A stretch of 63,778 nt of DNA, filler included, from Octopus bimaculoides (GCF_001194135.2; 8 parts of 7 records of this genome joined end to end with filler, not necessarily neighbours in it); one strand, 5' to 3'; shown: positions 49,642-63,619, numbered from the whole stretch's first letter. Notes: generated by a model not told the origin, from the letters alone. Numbers and translations are program-made.

Positions 49642-50550
49642 ATGGTCATGTGGCAAGAATGGATGAGGATAGCTGTGTGAAAAAGTGCCATACCCTAGCA
49701 GTTGAGGGAATCTATGGAAGAGGTAGACCCAGGAAGACCTGGGATGAGGTGGTGAACATTAGGCCTCCCCGAGGCAATGACTAGTGACCGGGACCTTTGG
49801 AAATATGCAGTGCGTCAGAAGACCCGGCAAGCCAAGTGAGACCATAATCCGTGGCCTCTGCCAAGGATGTAGCCATCTCACTTATTCGTATCTTTACTTC
49901 ATTGGACACTAAACTCTGCTTGCGAAGACCTGTTGAGGCAAGTAAATTGAAATCGAAATCGAACCAAATTCGACGACTGGCACCCATGCCAATCTCTCCT
50001 TCATTAGACACTAAACTTTGCTTGCGAAGACCTGTTGGGGCAAGTGAAATCGAAATCGAAATCGTAATTGAATCATATTCCATGGCTTGCACCTGTGCCA
50101 GTGGAGCACTAACAGCATTGTCCGAGCATGATCATTGCCAGAGAAGCTGTCTGGCTTCCATGCTGGTGGCACGTAAATAGCACTATTTGAGCGTGATTGT
50201 TACCAGCGTCACCTTACTGGCATTTGTGCTGGTGGCACGTTGGAAAACATTCGTGCAAGGTCATTGTCAGTGCTACTGGACTGGCTCTTGTGTAGGTGGC
50301 ACATAAAAATCACCATTTTGAGCATGGCTGTTGCCAGTACTGCCTGACTGACCCTCGTGCCGATGGCACATAAAAGCACCCACTACACTCTCGGAGTGGT
50401 TGGCATTAGGAAGGGCATCCAGCTGTAGAAACTCTGCCAGATCAGATTGGAGCCTGGTGCAGCCATCCGGTTCACCAGTCCTCAGTCAAATTGTCCAACC
50501 CATGCTAGCATGGAAAGCAGACGTTAAACGATGATGATGACGATGATGAT
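49638..50550 (+). mobile_element. RTE LINE 3' end (ORF2 end, repetitive 3' UTR, (GAT)n tail)
   Basis: WYGHVARMDEDSCVKKCHTLAVEG..GRGRPRKTWDEVV, a 3' UTR shared with other copies in the window, and a GATGATGAT tail. Confidence 0.9.
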
Positions 50551-50579
50551 TATATAAATGTACCACACACAAGAGAAGG

Positions 50580-50875
50580 GCCCTATGTTTACATTGGGCA
50601 GATGGCTGATTCATTTAAGAATCGTTATTGTAACCATGTGGCCAGCTTTAAGACAATCAATAAAAGACATTCAACATTTTGGGCACTTTTTGTATGGCAA
50701 CTGAAGTAGGATAAAATGAAGTACAGCATTAATTGGTCCATTGTAAGGTATACGGAACCATACAATATAATTTCCAGGAGATGCCATCTGAGGAATCCCT
50801 GTATATTCTGTGGACTAGCGAGAAGATAATTAATAGAATTTCTGAACAAATCTCGAGATGCCTACACGCATTTAA
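50580..50875 (+). mobile_element. Penelope-like GIY-YIG endonuclease relic
   Basis: YVYIGQMADSFKNRYCNHVASFK...FVWQLK*...INWSIV...RRCHL, the same domain type as 5340-5985. Confidence 0.8.
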
Positions 50876-51269
50876 ATGTACTTTTGCACAATGCAGTGAG
50901 AATGAATTTTGAGTAACCTTAATTTACTTTAAGGTATGGATGACCTAAGTTTACTTTTAACCTCCTCATTCCTATAAACACCAAGTTGATAAATAACTCG
51001 CTTTGTGATCATGAGTGCACCAAACGTCACATGTGCGTATGCTCACATTGTTGCAGATGCTTGTATGAGAGAGTGTACTTGAGCCATGCAGCTTGCCTGA
51101 GGGCATTTATACATCCAAACCTGTTAATGCTTATTTTTAATACTTTTCTCACTGGATTGCGTGTTCATTTCTCTTTTGGTCATCTGTGATTTTATTTTTG
51201 ATCTTCTATATAAACAAAGATATTTCCTCAATCTGGCTGCTTTTCTCTCTACAAAACGGAAAGTAACAT

Positions 51270-51795
51270 TGCGGAACAGTCATGGTGCTATATTTCTGGT
51301 AAGACAGCTGCAGGAGAAATACCTAGCCAAAGCTAAACGACTGTACTTGGCTTTCGTTGACATGGAGTAAACTTTTGATAGGGTCCTCCAATCCTTTATC
51401 TTTTGGTCAGTGTGGAAACTAGGAATAGATGGGTGGTTAGTGAGAGCTGTACAAGCCATGTACAGGGATACTATCAGTAAGGTCAGGGTTGGTAATGAGT
51501 ACAGTGAAGAATTACGGGTTGGGGTAGGGGTCCACCAAATATCAGTCCTGAGCCTCCTCTTATTCATCATAGTCCTCCAGACCATAACAGAGGAATTCAA
51601 GACAGGATGCCCCTGGGAACTTCTCTATGCTGATGACATTGCACAAGGGCAATAAACACTGAAAATGTGCAGAAAACAGCTTCCGTCACATGCCATGGGA
51701 AAAACTAGAAGTGGTTGATAGCTTCTGTTACCTAAGTGACCAAGTCAGCTGCAGGTGGATGCTCTGAGTGTGTAGCTGCTAGAATAAGAATAGCC
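51270..51795 (+). mobile_element. RTE-clade LINE reverse transcriptase fragment
   Basis: QLQEKYLAK..LYLAFVDME*...GVHQ.SVLSLLLFIIVL...PWELLYADD...GGCSECVAARIRIA, with deletions. Confidence 0.92.
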
Positions 51796-51799
51796 ACTT

Positions 51800-53230
51800 A
51801 CCACATACTCTGGTATTTCACATACTTCTCTTTACTTATAGTTATTAAGTTACTCCATTCGTCACATGGGAGGAGTGTACTATTATTACTAATTCCCTAC
51901 AATATCTCCCCTTTTAAGTTTTTCCTGGGAAGTGTTATTTTATTTAGCAATAATATTTTTATTCACCCCCACCTCCCATTTTTGAGTTTTTTTGCACTTG
52001 GCATCTATTTTCAGGAACTTTGTATGTTTTTGTTTCCTCTCACTTGTATGCGTGTGTTCAAACACCTGCAGTAGCGTTGGTACTTGGAATGTATCATACA
52101 ACCATTCCATCAGTTCCTCCAACTTCTTTGGTTCACTTGCCATGAATCTCTTTTTCTGTTGGTTCCTGTGTTTCTTTTGTATGCCTTTTCTACTTTTCAC
52201 CCAATACGTCATTTTAGCTATGCATTTAGTAATTACACCATTTCCCCAACTCTGCTTTCCATTCTTGTATGCCCACATATACACCTTTCTACCAACTTCA
52301 AAGAAACTTGCTATGTCTTCCCTGGTACTTTTTCTTTTCTTGCCAAGTAGCAATTTTTGAAAGACTGACTTTACTGGTGAGCTACCTGCTGGTGTATTCG
52401 GATTTGATGTCACACAGTCCACTCTTAAAAATTGTTGTAGAGCTACCTCATCCATGACTTCCTTATTCGATTTTCTAAGGCGTGGCGCCGTAGTTATATG
52501 TTCTACTGCACATGTTTCACAATTTTTTTTTTTAATTCACTAGACACAAATTGCATTCCATTGTCAGACACTGTCTTGTCTAGGATGCCAAGTCTTGTAA
52601 GCAGTTTGTGTAAAAAATTTATCACAGTTGAGGAGGTTGGTTTTTTACACTTACAAATTTCTGGCTATTTCGAGAAACTATCAACTACCACTAAGTCGTA
52701 ATAACTGTTTAAAGGACCAGTGAAATCGATGTGTAGTCCTGATCATGGCACATCTACTTTTGAACAATGTTCACTTTTTATCGTGGGCAATTTTTCATTT
52801 CCTTTTGGCTTACATACAGGTGTTTCACTCTGTTTTACTGAAATTTTTTGTTTCAGTTCTTCAGTCACATTCAAACCTTCGATTGAACTGACTATATTTC
52901 CACCCAAAACACTTATTGGTATATCCCATACTTTAAATAGTTCCATCCACTATGTGCTGAATAGATTAAGTGAACTTTTTCGTTTGATCTCAGAATATTA
53001 CATTACATATGAATTAACCAGAAAAATATAATCTTTTTCCCATAATACCATGTGCTATCTTTTTAGGTTTAATTAATTTCGGCTTACCAACATATTTCCA
53101 TGCTTTTTCGTTTATAATGGTGATATCACAACCAGTGTTCAACTGCATTTTAACACTTGTATTTCTGATTTTCAACTCCATGAATTTTCTCATCATTATA
53201 TTGCCAATTTCTTTCAATGACATACTATTG
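51800..53230 (-). mobile_element. Second Ty3/Gypsy relic (PR, deleted RT/RH, integrase, PPT, start of 3' LTR)
   Basis: Protease MQLNTGCDITII, integrase GILDKTVSDNGMQFVS, C-terminal FEVGRKV..W..GVITK. Polypurine tract AAAAGGGGAGA at about 51915-51905, followed by TGTAGGG at 51901. Confidence 0.85.
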
Positions 53231-53540
53231 TAGTAACGCCTGCGCATGCGTAGAATAAAACAAGCAAGCGTTTCCCGCTCAATTCATTCTCTTTCACGCT
53301 GGCCAGCGATTGAGCATGGACGTGTGTTTAAAAGCTGTCTCTACATCTTTCGGTCTTATACTCGACAGCTCGTTATTCTCACCTCTAAAGATGTATAACT
53401 AAAGATATGTATGTTTTACCAAGTAAATAAATGTTGTTTGAGTTGTTTAGTCTGGAGTTCAGCGTTCCGTCAATTTCTTTAATTTTATAGTAGAAAGTCA
53501 GGTATACAATCTAAAGATGTATAACCCACTTTCTACTAAA
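53227..53540 (+). mobile_element. Possible solo-LTR-like segment
   Basis: Starts TGTAGTA, contains AATAAA and interrupts the Gypsy relic upstream of the protease. The far end is lost in a gap. Confidence 0.35.
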
Positions 53541-53869
53541 CTATTTNNNNNNNNNNNNNNNNNNNNNNNNNNNNNNNNNNNNNNNNNNNNTTAATTAATT
53601 AANNNNNNNNNNNNNNNNNNNNNNNNNNNNNNNNNNNNNNNNNNNNAGAGAGACATATATGTGTGTGTGTGCGATCGTGCATAATTGATTTTATGCGCAT
53701 TTGTATGTAATTAATTATATATGTATGATTATATACACAGATAAATCCGTGTACAAACGCACATATATACTCACAAGTTGGAACACATGATTTTTCTTAC
53801 GTATTTTGCACGCCTATTCATACATATGTAGTTGTATATGTGTGTGTATATATATATATTTATTAATAC

Positions 53870-53927
<58 letters not shown>

Positions 53928-55292
53928 TTTGCTGTCTGGCAATAATTACGTAGATGAACAATTAAAATACCTTTAAGTGTGATTACAAACGTACGTATTA
54001 TTATTGCACGCAAACACATGCGAGCGCAGCGAGCAGACACGCACAAGTACGCATAGACATATATATGCAAACACGTACGTAACTACACATAAATATATAT
54101 ATATATATATACTTACATATATACATACTTGTACATTTATACGTACAACTGCATAAATATAAACATAAGTATATATAANNNNNNNNNNNNNNNNNNNNNN
54201 NNNNNNNNNNNNNNNNNNNNNNNNNNNNNNNNNNNNNNNNNNNNNNNNNNNNNNNNNNNNNNNNNNNNNNNNNNNNNNNNNNNNNNNNNNNNNNNNNNNN
54301 NNNNNNNNNNNNNNNNNNNNNNNNNNNNNNNNNNNNNNNNNNNNNNNNNNNNNNNNNNNNNNNNNNNNNNNNNNNNNNNNNNNNNNNNNNNNNNNNNNNN
54401 NNNNNNNNNNNNNNNNNNNNNNNNNNNNNNNNNNNNNNNNNNNNNNNNNNNNNNNNNNNNNNNNNNNNNNNNNNNNNNNNNNNNNNNNNNNNNNNNNNNN
54501 NNNNNNNNNNNNNNNNNNNNNNNNNNNNNNNNNNNNNNNNNNNNNNNNNNNNNNNNNNNNNNNNNNNNNNNNNNNNNNNNNNNNNNNNNNNNNNNNNNNN
54601 NNNNNNNNNNNNNNNNNNNNNNNNNNNNNNNNNNNNNNNNNNNNNNNNNNNNNNNNNNNNNNNNNNNNNNNNNNNNNNNNNNNNNNNNNNNNNNNNNNNN
54701 NNNNNNNNNNNNNNNNNNNNNNNNNNNNNNNNNNNNNNNNNNNNNNNNNNNNNNNNNNNNNNNNNNNNNNNNNNNNNNNNNNNNNNNNNNNNNNNNNNNN
54801 NNNNNNNNNNNNNNNNNNNNNNNNNNNNNNNNNNNNNNNNNNNNNNNNNNNNNNNNNNNNNNNNNNNNNNNNNNNNNNNNNNNNNNNNNNNNNNNNNNNN
54901 NNNNNNNNNNNNNNNNNNNNNNNNNNNNNNNNNNNNNNNNNNNNATACATACACACAGACACATATATACGTACATCCATATATATACACACAGACAGAT
55001 ACATACATACACACATACACATACATACAAACACACACAAACACATACATACATACATTCATATATACACATATACATACACACATACGTACATACATAC
55101 ATTCCTATCAATATACAACCAGAACACATACATCATGAAGAACCCTGCTCGTGTTGCATATCTGCCACTACTCCTCTCAGCCCCTTCCTCCTTTGCGTCT
55201 ATACAGACAACGGCATCGTGCACACAAGGTCTTTGCTGAGAGTTACGTAGCCAGCCTGTATGTTTTTCACATGCAGCGACACCGATTCCCTG

Positions 55293-55518
55293 CGAGGGGG
55301 TACCCAAAAGAAACCGGAATTTCACTCTTTTCTTACATGTTTATTTACTTTGTTCACAGTTTAATTCTCTCCATTTGAAGCAATCCTTCGGTCCACACAC
55401 GTTCTCCGCTGTTCGAAGCAATCCTGGAACTCTTGTGTAGTGACGCCGTGTAACGCCTCTGTTGTTTTTATCTTCAGATCTTGCAGTTCTTCAAAACGTT
55501 TTCCTCTAAGGACTTCTG
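55293..55518 (-). mobile_element. Second mariner 3' terminus in tandem
   Basis: TIR CGAGGGGGTACCCAAAAGAAACCGGAATTT and a LRGKRFEELQDLKIK-like coding remnant. Confidence 0.75.
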
Positions 55519-55554
55519 AGCTTATATAGTTTGTGCATACATATATATATATTA

Positions 55555-57030
55555 CGCGGGAGTATCCAAAAGAAACCGAAATTTTGCAATATCCTTTTAT
55601 TCACTTAGCTTTACATATTTATTCTTTTATCGCCTTCGAGGTATTCTCCATTGGTCCAGGCGCGTTTTCCACTATAGGAAGCAGTCCTAGAACTCTTGCG
55701 AAATGATGCCTATTAACGCCTCTGTTTTGTCTTTCTTCACCTCTTCCACACCTGCGAAACGTTTTCCTTTAAGGACTTTTTTCATTCGGGGGAACAAGAC
55801 AAAGGTTACAGGGAGCAAGAGCGAGGAAATTTTTGGTCAAAAACTCTCTCACACTCTCAAGGTGATATGCGAAGGTGTATTACCATGATGAAACCACCAC
55901 TCTCTATTTCGCCACTGGTCGGGGCGCTTTCGCCTCGCCGTGTCTCGCAAACGCTTCAAAACTGCCAAGTAAAATGCCTGGTTTGCAATTTGACTAAGAA
56001 TAACAAATAATGTGTGGACATTTCCCTTCGCATCGATGAAACGAATCAGCATCGTCTTGACATTGGACTTCACTTGATGCTCTGTTTTGAATGCTTCCAT
56101 TGATTTCATGGCTGCATCGCTTCCGTGTCGTAGCCTTAGCACCAGCTTTCGTCACCAATGATGACCTTTCAACAAAAAAGTCTGGATCAACTTCAAACAA
56201 TTCTTTCGGTTCACGACCCGCATTTAGTTGTGGCTGTTTTTCAGCTTCCTTGAGCAAGCAAGACACAAGTTTTGCTGCAACTCTTTCCATTCGAATTTCC
56301 CCGCTCAAAATTCGTTGGCAGATGATCCAGAACACACCAGTCCTGTCATAAAGTTCGTCGATTGTTCGGCAACGATCCTCCAAGATCAATTCATCAACTT
56401 TCGTGGCTTCATTCGTTCGGGAAGATCAAATATTATCCTGAACGAGGGTTGGTCTTCAAGCAACAAGTGACCATTCCTAAAGCGTGGAAAGCACGCATAA
56501 AATTGTCTTTTGTTCATGGTAACGTCCTTGTAAGCTGTTTGAAGCATGAGAACTGTTTCGGCCGCCGTTTACCTCAGCAGAAAACAGAATTTCTCAGAAG
56601 TTAAGGCGGCGAGCTGGCAGAAACGTTAGCGCGCCGGGCGAAATGCTTAGCGGTATTTCATCAGCCGTTACGTTCTGAGTTCAAATTCCGCCGAGGTTGA
56701 CTTTGCCTTTCATCATTTCGGGGTCGATAAATTAAGTACCAGTTACGCACTGGGGTCGATGTAATCGACTTAATGCCTTTGTCTGTCCTTGTTTGTCCCC
56801 TCTATATTTAGTCCCTTGTGGACAATAAAGAAATAAGAAAAGAGAATTTCTCAGAAGCACGCTATTCCTTCGTTTCGGTCATCGCAAACATCAACGAACA
56901 GGGAAGAAGAACTGCATAACAAAGACGCACCGCGTGGCAGTACGACCTCAGCCGAGGACGCCGGTCGACAGACTGATGCCCGGGGGACACATCAAGTGGT
57001 TTCTAGCAGCGAGAGCTTTAACTACAATGG
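55555..57030 (-). mobile_element. Mariner transposon relic with internal deletion, interrupted by a SINE
   Basis: ATG at 56882 (MTETKE*RASEKFCFLL..TAAETV), ILEDRCRTIDEL, SSLVTKAG, WWFHHGNTPSH, MKKVLKGKRF. TIR with TA at 55553-55554. Confidence 0.9.
56601..56842 (+). mobile_element. Full-length SINE family A with 15-bp TSD
   Basis: AGAATTTCTCAGAAG duplicated at 56586-56600 and 56843-56857. A-rich tail. Inserted in the mariner ORF. Confidence 0.95.
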
Positions 57031-57095
57031 GTTCGTACCACAGAGAACCACATTTGGGTACAGAGAGACAGACAGATAGATAAGTAGATAGATAA

Positions 57096-57176
<81 letters not shown>

Positions 57177-57469
57177 CATACATGTATACATACTTATATA
57201 CTTACATGCATGCATGTGTACATACATACATGCATACATATATACATACATGCATGCATGCACACAGACGGACAAACACACAGACACGTTTCAGATATCG
57301 TTATAAAAACATCGAAACACATCGAGACTGACAGACAAATTTTAAAACAGACTCACATTGAGAAAAACCAATCAGAAAGCGAACACCAATTAAGCACACA
57401 CTCACCCACACACATACATACATTCACACACACACACACATAAATATTTATAAACACTTACACACGAAC

Positions 57470-57536
<67 letters not shown>

Positions 57537-57980
57537 NNNNNNNNNNNNNNNNNNNNNNNNNNNNNNNNNNNNNNNNNNNNNNNNNNNNNNNNNNNNNNNN
57601 NNNNNNNNNNNNNNNNNNNNNNNNNNNNNNNNNNNNNNNNNNNNNNNNNNNNNNNNNNNNNNNNNNNNNNNNNNNNNNNNNNNNNNNNNNNNNNNNNNNN
57701 NNNNNNNNNNNNNNNNNNNNNNNNNNNNNNNNNNNNNNNNNNNNNNNNNNNNNNNNNNNNNNNNNNNNNNNNNNNNNNNNNNNNNNNNNNNNNNNNNNNN
57801 NNNNNNNNNNNNNNNNNNNNNNNNNNNNNNNNNNNNNNNNNNNNNNNNNNNNNNNNNNNNNNNNNNNNNNNNNNNNNNNNNNNNNNNNNNNNNNNNNNNN
57901 NNNNNNNNNNNNNNNNNNNNNNNNNNNNNNNNNNNNNNNNNNNNNNNNNNNNNNNNNNNNNNNNNNNNNNNNNNNNNNNN

Positions 57981-58040
<60 letters not shown>

Positions 58041-58699
58041 ATATATGTAGACATATTTTATACATAGGCACATACGCTATCGCATATACAGACGTACAAA
58101 CTCATAAATGTTCATACATAATACATACATATATGTATATACATACATGCATGTACATATAGAAATATGTTCATCTATATATATATGCGTATATACGTGA
58201 ATGTGTATACATGTATGTGCTTGTGCGTGTGTATGTATATATATAGACGTACATATTTTATACATAGAGATACATGCATAAACGCATACGCATATATAGC
58301 TGCACAAAATTAAAATGTATGTATATATACACACACATATAAACATACGCATATCCATATATACGTTTATATGTGCGCATTATATATATACGTACACACA
58401 CACATATATATACACACATATATATGTAGATATGAACAAACACTCATACACTCACACACGCACGCATACAAACACGAACACATTCAGAGTAACAGCTACA
58501 CATACGTATACCGTTCGCCTTTCCGCTACCTTCGGCCGATGATGGCGCAATTTTTCAACTAACTGGTTGTCCGAATCGTCGCATTAACCTATTAGTGACT
58601 GGGTATACATCCGACACGTATTCTCTCAAGTTCGAGGCGTTGTATATAGGTTGCTATTTAAGTAAATTGTTTTAGAGGTTCTATTTGAGATGGAGCTCG

Positions 58700-59130
58700 G
58701 GTGTACAAAGGAGTGTTAGTTGAAGTCAGTCCTACACTCCATGTAAACCCTATCCTGGTGGGAAAGTGGTGTTGTGACCAGACACATATATTCAAACCTA
58801 TAGCACAAGAAACCCCTATTTAACGGACGGAGTTATTAGATTCGACAATTACAGGTTTTCCAACCGCCAGTGGGCTTGTTATAGATAAGACAGGGATCTC
58901 TTCATAGATTGATCAGACCTGCTACTGGTACCATATAAAACAGTACGGCCTGCTCCATGGTCGAGAGGTTGGCGTATAAGACGGCTCCCCGCTTGAGTAA
59001 CTTGCAGCTCTTGTGAAAAGTGTGACTGGACAACCAGGAGGACTAAAAACAAGACCTGTCGAAGGGCCCGTAAGCTCCCTTTCAACTAACGGCCATCCAA
59101 TCAAGGAAAGTAATTGCAAACGACTCCAAT
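58700..59130 (+). mobile_element. GC-richer segment resembling a LINE 5' UTR
   Basis: Composition and motifs (CCCTATCCTGGTGGG, AAAACAGTACGGCCTGCTCC, AGACGGCTCCC) only. No ORF support. Confidence 0.3.
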
Positions 59131-59915
59131 ATCTTTGTAAGGAAACGAAGTAATGCTATGGCTTCATAAGACGGGAAAACATGCATTTAATCTGGAAGAC
59201 TTTTCATTGTCGTGTCAACAACGTATTGCAAAAACTTAACGGACATGACAAAAATGGATATGTAAATACAGACAGCCAGGAAGTAAATAGACACCTTTAA
59301 TTTTCACAGACACACACACACACACACACACATAGAGATACACACACACACGCATACACAAACACACACACGCATATAGTTCTTATGTTTTCGTTGCTTC
59401 TTCTTTATACTTGTGTAGATTCGTTGCAATTTTTATAAAGGGTCAGACACATCGAAGGACCAAAGCATATTGCTGTGCCTCTGGTATTCCGGAAAGATTC
59501 GAACTATCAAATACCAAACGAAAGGTCTGTCCAAAAACGAAGCCTTTACATCAGTGACTATGAGCTCAAAGTGCTCCCCATAACATTCATATATTGTCCG
59601 ATAAAACTGTACAGTTCAAACAGGGCTGCAATACGTTCAGTAGAATTCTGTACAGTTTCCATTTATCAAATAATGTCAGGCGAGTTGTTGTTATAGAAAA
59701 TATGCTATGCAGAAGAAGCCACGTAGCAGGATCGGTTCCGGGGATCGTCCGTTTGGCATGACAATTTCTTAACTATGCTGATATAAGTGTATGCTCATTC
59801 TATATATATATATATNNNNNNNNNNNNNNNNNNNNNNNNNNNNNNNNNNNNNNNNNNNNTTAATTAATTAANNNNNNNNNNNNNNNNNNNNNNNNNNNNN
59901 NNNNNNNNNNNNNNN

Positions 59916-60367
59916 GTAATGGACTCAACCGTCTCTGTGCTGTTATCAATGTGTCTTTCCTTCTGTTCATCACTGGGCACCCTGGAAACAAACTTTGCAG
60001 AAATTTTGCACATGCGCAGATCTTCATCAATAATACCATGTACAGTTGCCATACCAACTCCAAACCGTATGCTTTTTATCTTTATAGACACATGACTGTC
60101 TTCACCCAGAAAATTGCGAATTTTCTCAAACAGCTCTGAGGTTCTTGACGCTCCTTTCTCTCCCACACCTCTCATCGTCTCTTACTTCCTCTCTACAGAC
60201 CTTGAACTTCTCGTGCCAGCGAAGGACAGATGCTCAGCGCAAAAAAGTTAATCCATAAGCGGCCTGGAGGTTTTTTATATATAAGTTTCTGTAATGTTTT
60301 TGCCCAATTTAGCACAAAACTTTACCGCGTAGCAAGCTTCCAAATTTCCTTCTCGTCCCGACTGCAT
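59916..60367 (-). mobile_element. Mariner transposase N-terminal (HTH) relic
   Basis: YAVKFCAKLGKNITETY...RWHEKFK...TVHGIIDEDLRMCKISAKFVSRVPSDEQK. Truncated by a gap. Confidence 0.85.
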
Positions 60368-61305
60368 TCTGCAAACTAATCAGCTGTAACAAGCAGTGTT
60401 TAACAGGGTGTCTTCAAAGTGCCTACCACAGCGGTCTCCTTCAATGTAGAATTTTAAAAAAGTGGACAGGTCAGCTTATTAGATGTATAGTAACGATAAA
60501 CTAATATTGCAACAATCCAGGACAGTTATAATTGTCTCTCCTAAAATAAGTTTCAAACCTTCTGGAATACACTTCATGTATCTATCTATCTATACATGAA
60601 CGCACGCACGCATACACACACACACATACACACACACACAACTCATCGGAAAAGAGCAAAAGTGGAGATAGAAAGCAGCAATAGGTCAAGAAAAATGCTG
60701 CAATAAATCAAGTAAAGAAAGACAGCAATGATACCTAAAAGTGTATGCATAGTACACAGAATAACCCCCCCCCCNNNNNNNNNNNNNNNNNNNNNNNNNN
60801 NNNNNNNNNNNNNNNNNNNNNNNNNNNNNNNNNNNNNNNNNNNNNNNNNNNNNNNNNNNNNNNNNNNNNNNNNNNNNNNNNNNNNNNNNNNNNNNNNNNN
60901 NNNNNNNNNNNNNNNNNNNNNNNNNNNNNNNNNNNATCCACACACAAAAAAAAAATCATAAGTAAAATGAACGTTAAAAGATCCACAAAGAGAAAAGGTG
61001 ACATAGGTACACGAGAAGTAGTGTTGTTGAATTTCGAGAATTTTTGTAAAATGCGATGTCCAATCCAAGTAGCTCATATCTTTTCATGCTTCAACAATGC
61101 TGAGGGTGAAAAATGTCTGCAATAGTCATAGATGCTGCGCTGTTTTTTGATTTTGTAAGCATTAAAAAAAAAAATTTATTGATGGCTCAAATAATTAAAA
61201 TGAGGAAATAACCTGTTATTTCAACCCTTGCTTAATTATAGCCACTGCATCCTAATACTTTTGGTCTGGCATATCTTAAATATGCAATAATATTTTATTT
61301 AAAAA

Positions 61306-61493
61306 TACGGCGAACTTGGCAGAATGCTCTGGGGTATTTCGTCTGACTTTATGTTCAAATTCTGTTGAGGTCGATTTTTGCCTTTGATCCTTTCGGGGTC
61401 AGTAAAATAAGTACTGGTTGAGCACTGAGATCAGTGTAATCAACTTACCCCTCCCCCGAACTTGCTGGCCTTGTGCCAAAATTTGAAATCGAT
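61306..61493 (+). mobile_element. SINE family A, diverged
   Basis: Head and body match. Confidence 0.75.
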
Positions 61494-61839
61494 ATTTTAT
61501 TTGAATATAAAAGATGTATTTCATGCTTAGGTATTTATCATTTTTAATGAGTAAGGAGTTTTAATACGTTCTCGAAATTTCGTAGGTCTTTATTATAAAT
61601 ATACTTTATTACGTAATTTATTAAAGTAATAGTTGTTCGAGAAACTTCAAAGTTGTAATCTTATACTTTAAAATTGTGAAAAACATTTAAACTAAGTTGA
61701 ACAGACGAAAAGAAAATAGTAAAAAAAAAGAGTAAAAAAGGTCTGTACAGGACAACAAAGGCAAGGGCATTCTATCTAACTGATAAAAGTTAAACAAAAT
61801 AAGGTCAAGACTGATAAACTGTGAGACTAAATGAAACAA

Positions 61840-62060
61840 TGTTATCTGTCTTCTAATTCATCGTTACCTCCACCAACGTCCTTGTCATCAATATAACCAC
61901 CACCATCATTGTCATGGTTATCACTACCACTACCACCATCACTACTATCACTGCCATAACCATCATCATCGCCACCACCATCATTATCACGGCCACCACC
62001 ACCATCGTCGTCCTCCTTATCATCATCACCGCTGCCATCACCATTACCATTGTCATCCTC
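61840..62060. repeat. Degenerate (CAT/CAC)n trinucleotide tract
   Basis: Low-complexity triplets. Similar tracts lie at about 27240-27400 and 31660-32320. Confidence 0.8.
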
Positions 62061-62379
62061 TAGGGTGGCGAAGTCACAAAAATCAGTGCCGATTACAGAG
62101 GGTGTCACTGTTCACTGTAAGCTATGTGCGGGTGCAACTAGCGTATGAAAGGAATTAATGAGCGCACATAGTGTTAATTGCCTAAAATAATACAGTAATT
62201 AATTCCAAGTTTTCCATTTCAAATTTACATTTAATACAAGTAAGTATTCAGTGTGCACATACTTTGCACAAGATANNNNNNNNNNNNNNNNNNNNNNNNN
62301 NNNNNNNNNNNNNNNNNNNTTAATTAATTAANNNNNNNNNNNNNNNNNNNNNNNNNNNNNNNNNNNNNNNNNNNNAAAC

Positions 62380-62549
62380 ATAATTTTCTTATGGTTTCTT
62401 AAACATTCACTTGAACAAAACTGTACAAATCCAAATATATGGTACCCTAGGCATAACACCTACATGAACTTCTAACTTGTTGTCTCTTGAGGTCTCTGGG
62501 TGAGACTTGGATCCAACTTGTACAAATGCAAAACAAAAGTCAAACATAA

Positions 62550-62550
<1 letters not shown>
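62380..62550 (+). mobile_element. Probable 3' UTR of a further LINE copy ending in (TAA)n
   Basis: Non-coding segment ending ...CAAAAGTCAAACATAAAA(TAA)n, a retroposon tail-like junction. Confidence 0.45.
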
Positions 62551-62591
<41 letters not shown>

Positions 62592-62609
62592 CATAATAAT
62601 AATAATAAC

Positions 62610-62650
<41 letters not shown>

Positions 62651-62651
<1 letters not shown>

Positions 62652-63619
62652 CTGAAGACACTGTCACAAAACAAGGAAAATGGATCTAGCCGACTGAAAA
62701 AAAGAACGGGCAGAAAAAATTTGAGCAGCGGTGGATCAGAGGCTTCTTGATATATATACTTCGAAGTCGAAATGCTGATGTAGATCAAGCAACAACCCAT
62801 CAGTAGCTGAGAAGTTCAGGAATGAAAGCAGAGTCTGAAGGTTCCATATTGGCATCAAAGATTAAAGCTTACTCACAAAAAACTACTAGACTTAACGTTC
62901 TTCAAGTCGGTTCTGATCCTTAATGCAGATTCTGCGACATATTTGACGAAACAATAGACCATCACGTCTCGGAATGTCCTGCGCTGACACCAAACGAATA
63001 CAAAAATCGCCACGATAGGGTAAGACAGTATTTACACTGCAAAATATGTAAACATTACAATATCAGCGCTCTTGCTTACTGCTATGAACATCATCCTGAA
63101 ACAGGCGTTGAAGGTAAAAATGACACTATCCTCTGGGATTTTCCGGTCAACACTGACGGAACGATCCAGGCAAATCGACCAGATATAATTATTAAAGACA
63201 GAGAAGAAAATACATGTAGACTAATAGATGTAAGTTATCCCACTGATAAATTTGACAAGCAATTTGACAGACTAAATAAATATAAGGGCCTGGAAATTGA
63301 AATACAACTGCTGTGGCATCTTAAAACGAGAACTGTATCTCTTATTGCAGGTGTCCTAGGTATGATAAGAAAGGGTTGTCAGAAACATCTAGAAAAGTTA
63401 ATAGGAGAACCATGTCCCAGAGAAATTCAAAAATTGTACTGACAAGTACTGCGCGCATCCTTAGAACACCCTATACATTTAAGTCTCTGTGTTGTATTAC
63501 GTGAAGATATTTTGCTATTTCCCCTCCCCAAGCTTTCAGTCATACTGTAAAATCCTTTAATCGCCCAGGACACTTGTGTCTCGGCAAGTGACTGTAACAA
63601 ACATGCAGATTAAAAGTAG

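Noticed and set aside
61842-62108. Asp/Gly-rich 88-aa ORF
   Set aside because: Translation of degenerate (GAT/GGT)n triplets with no splice context.
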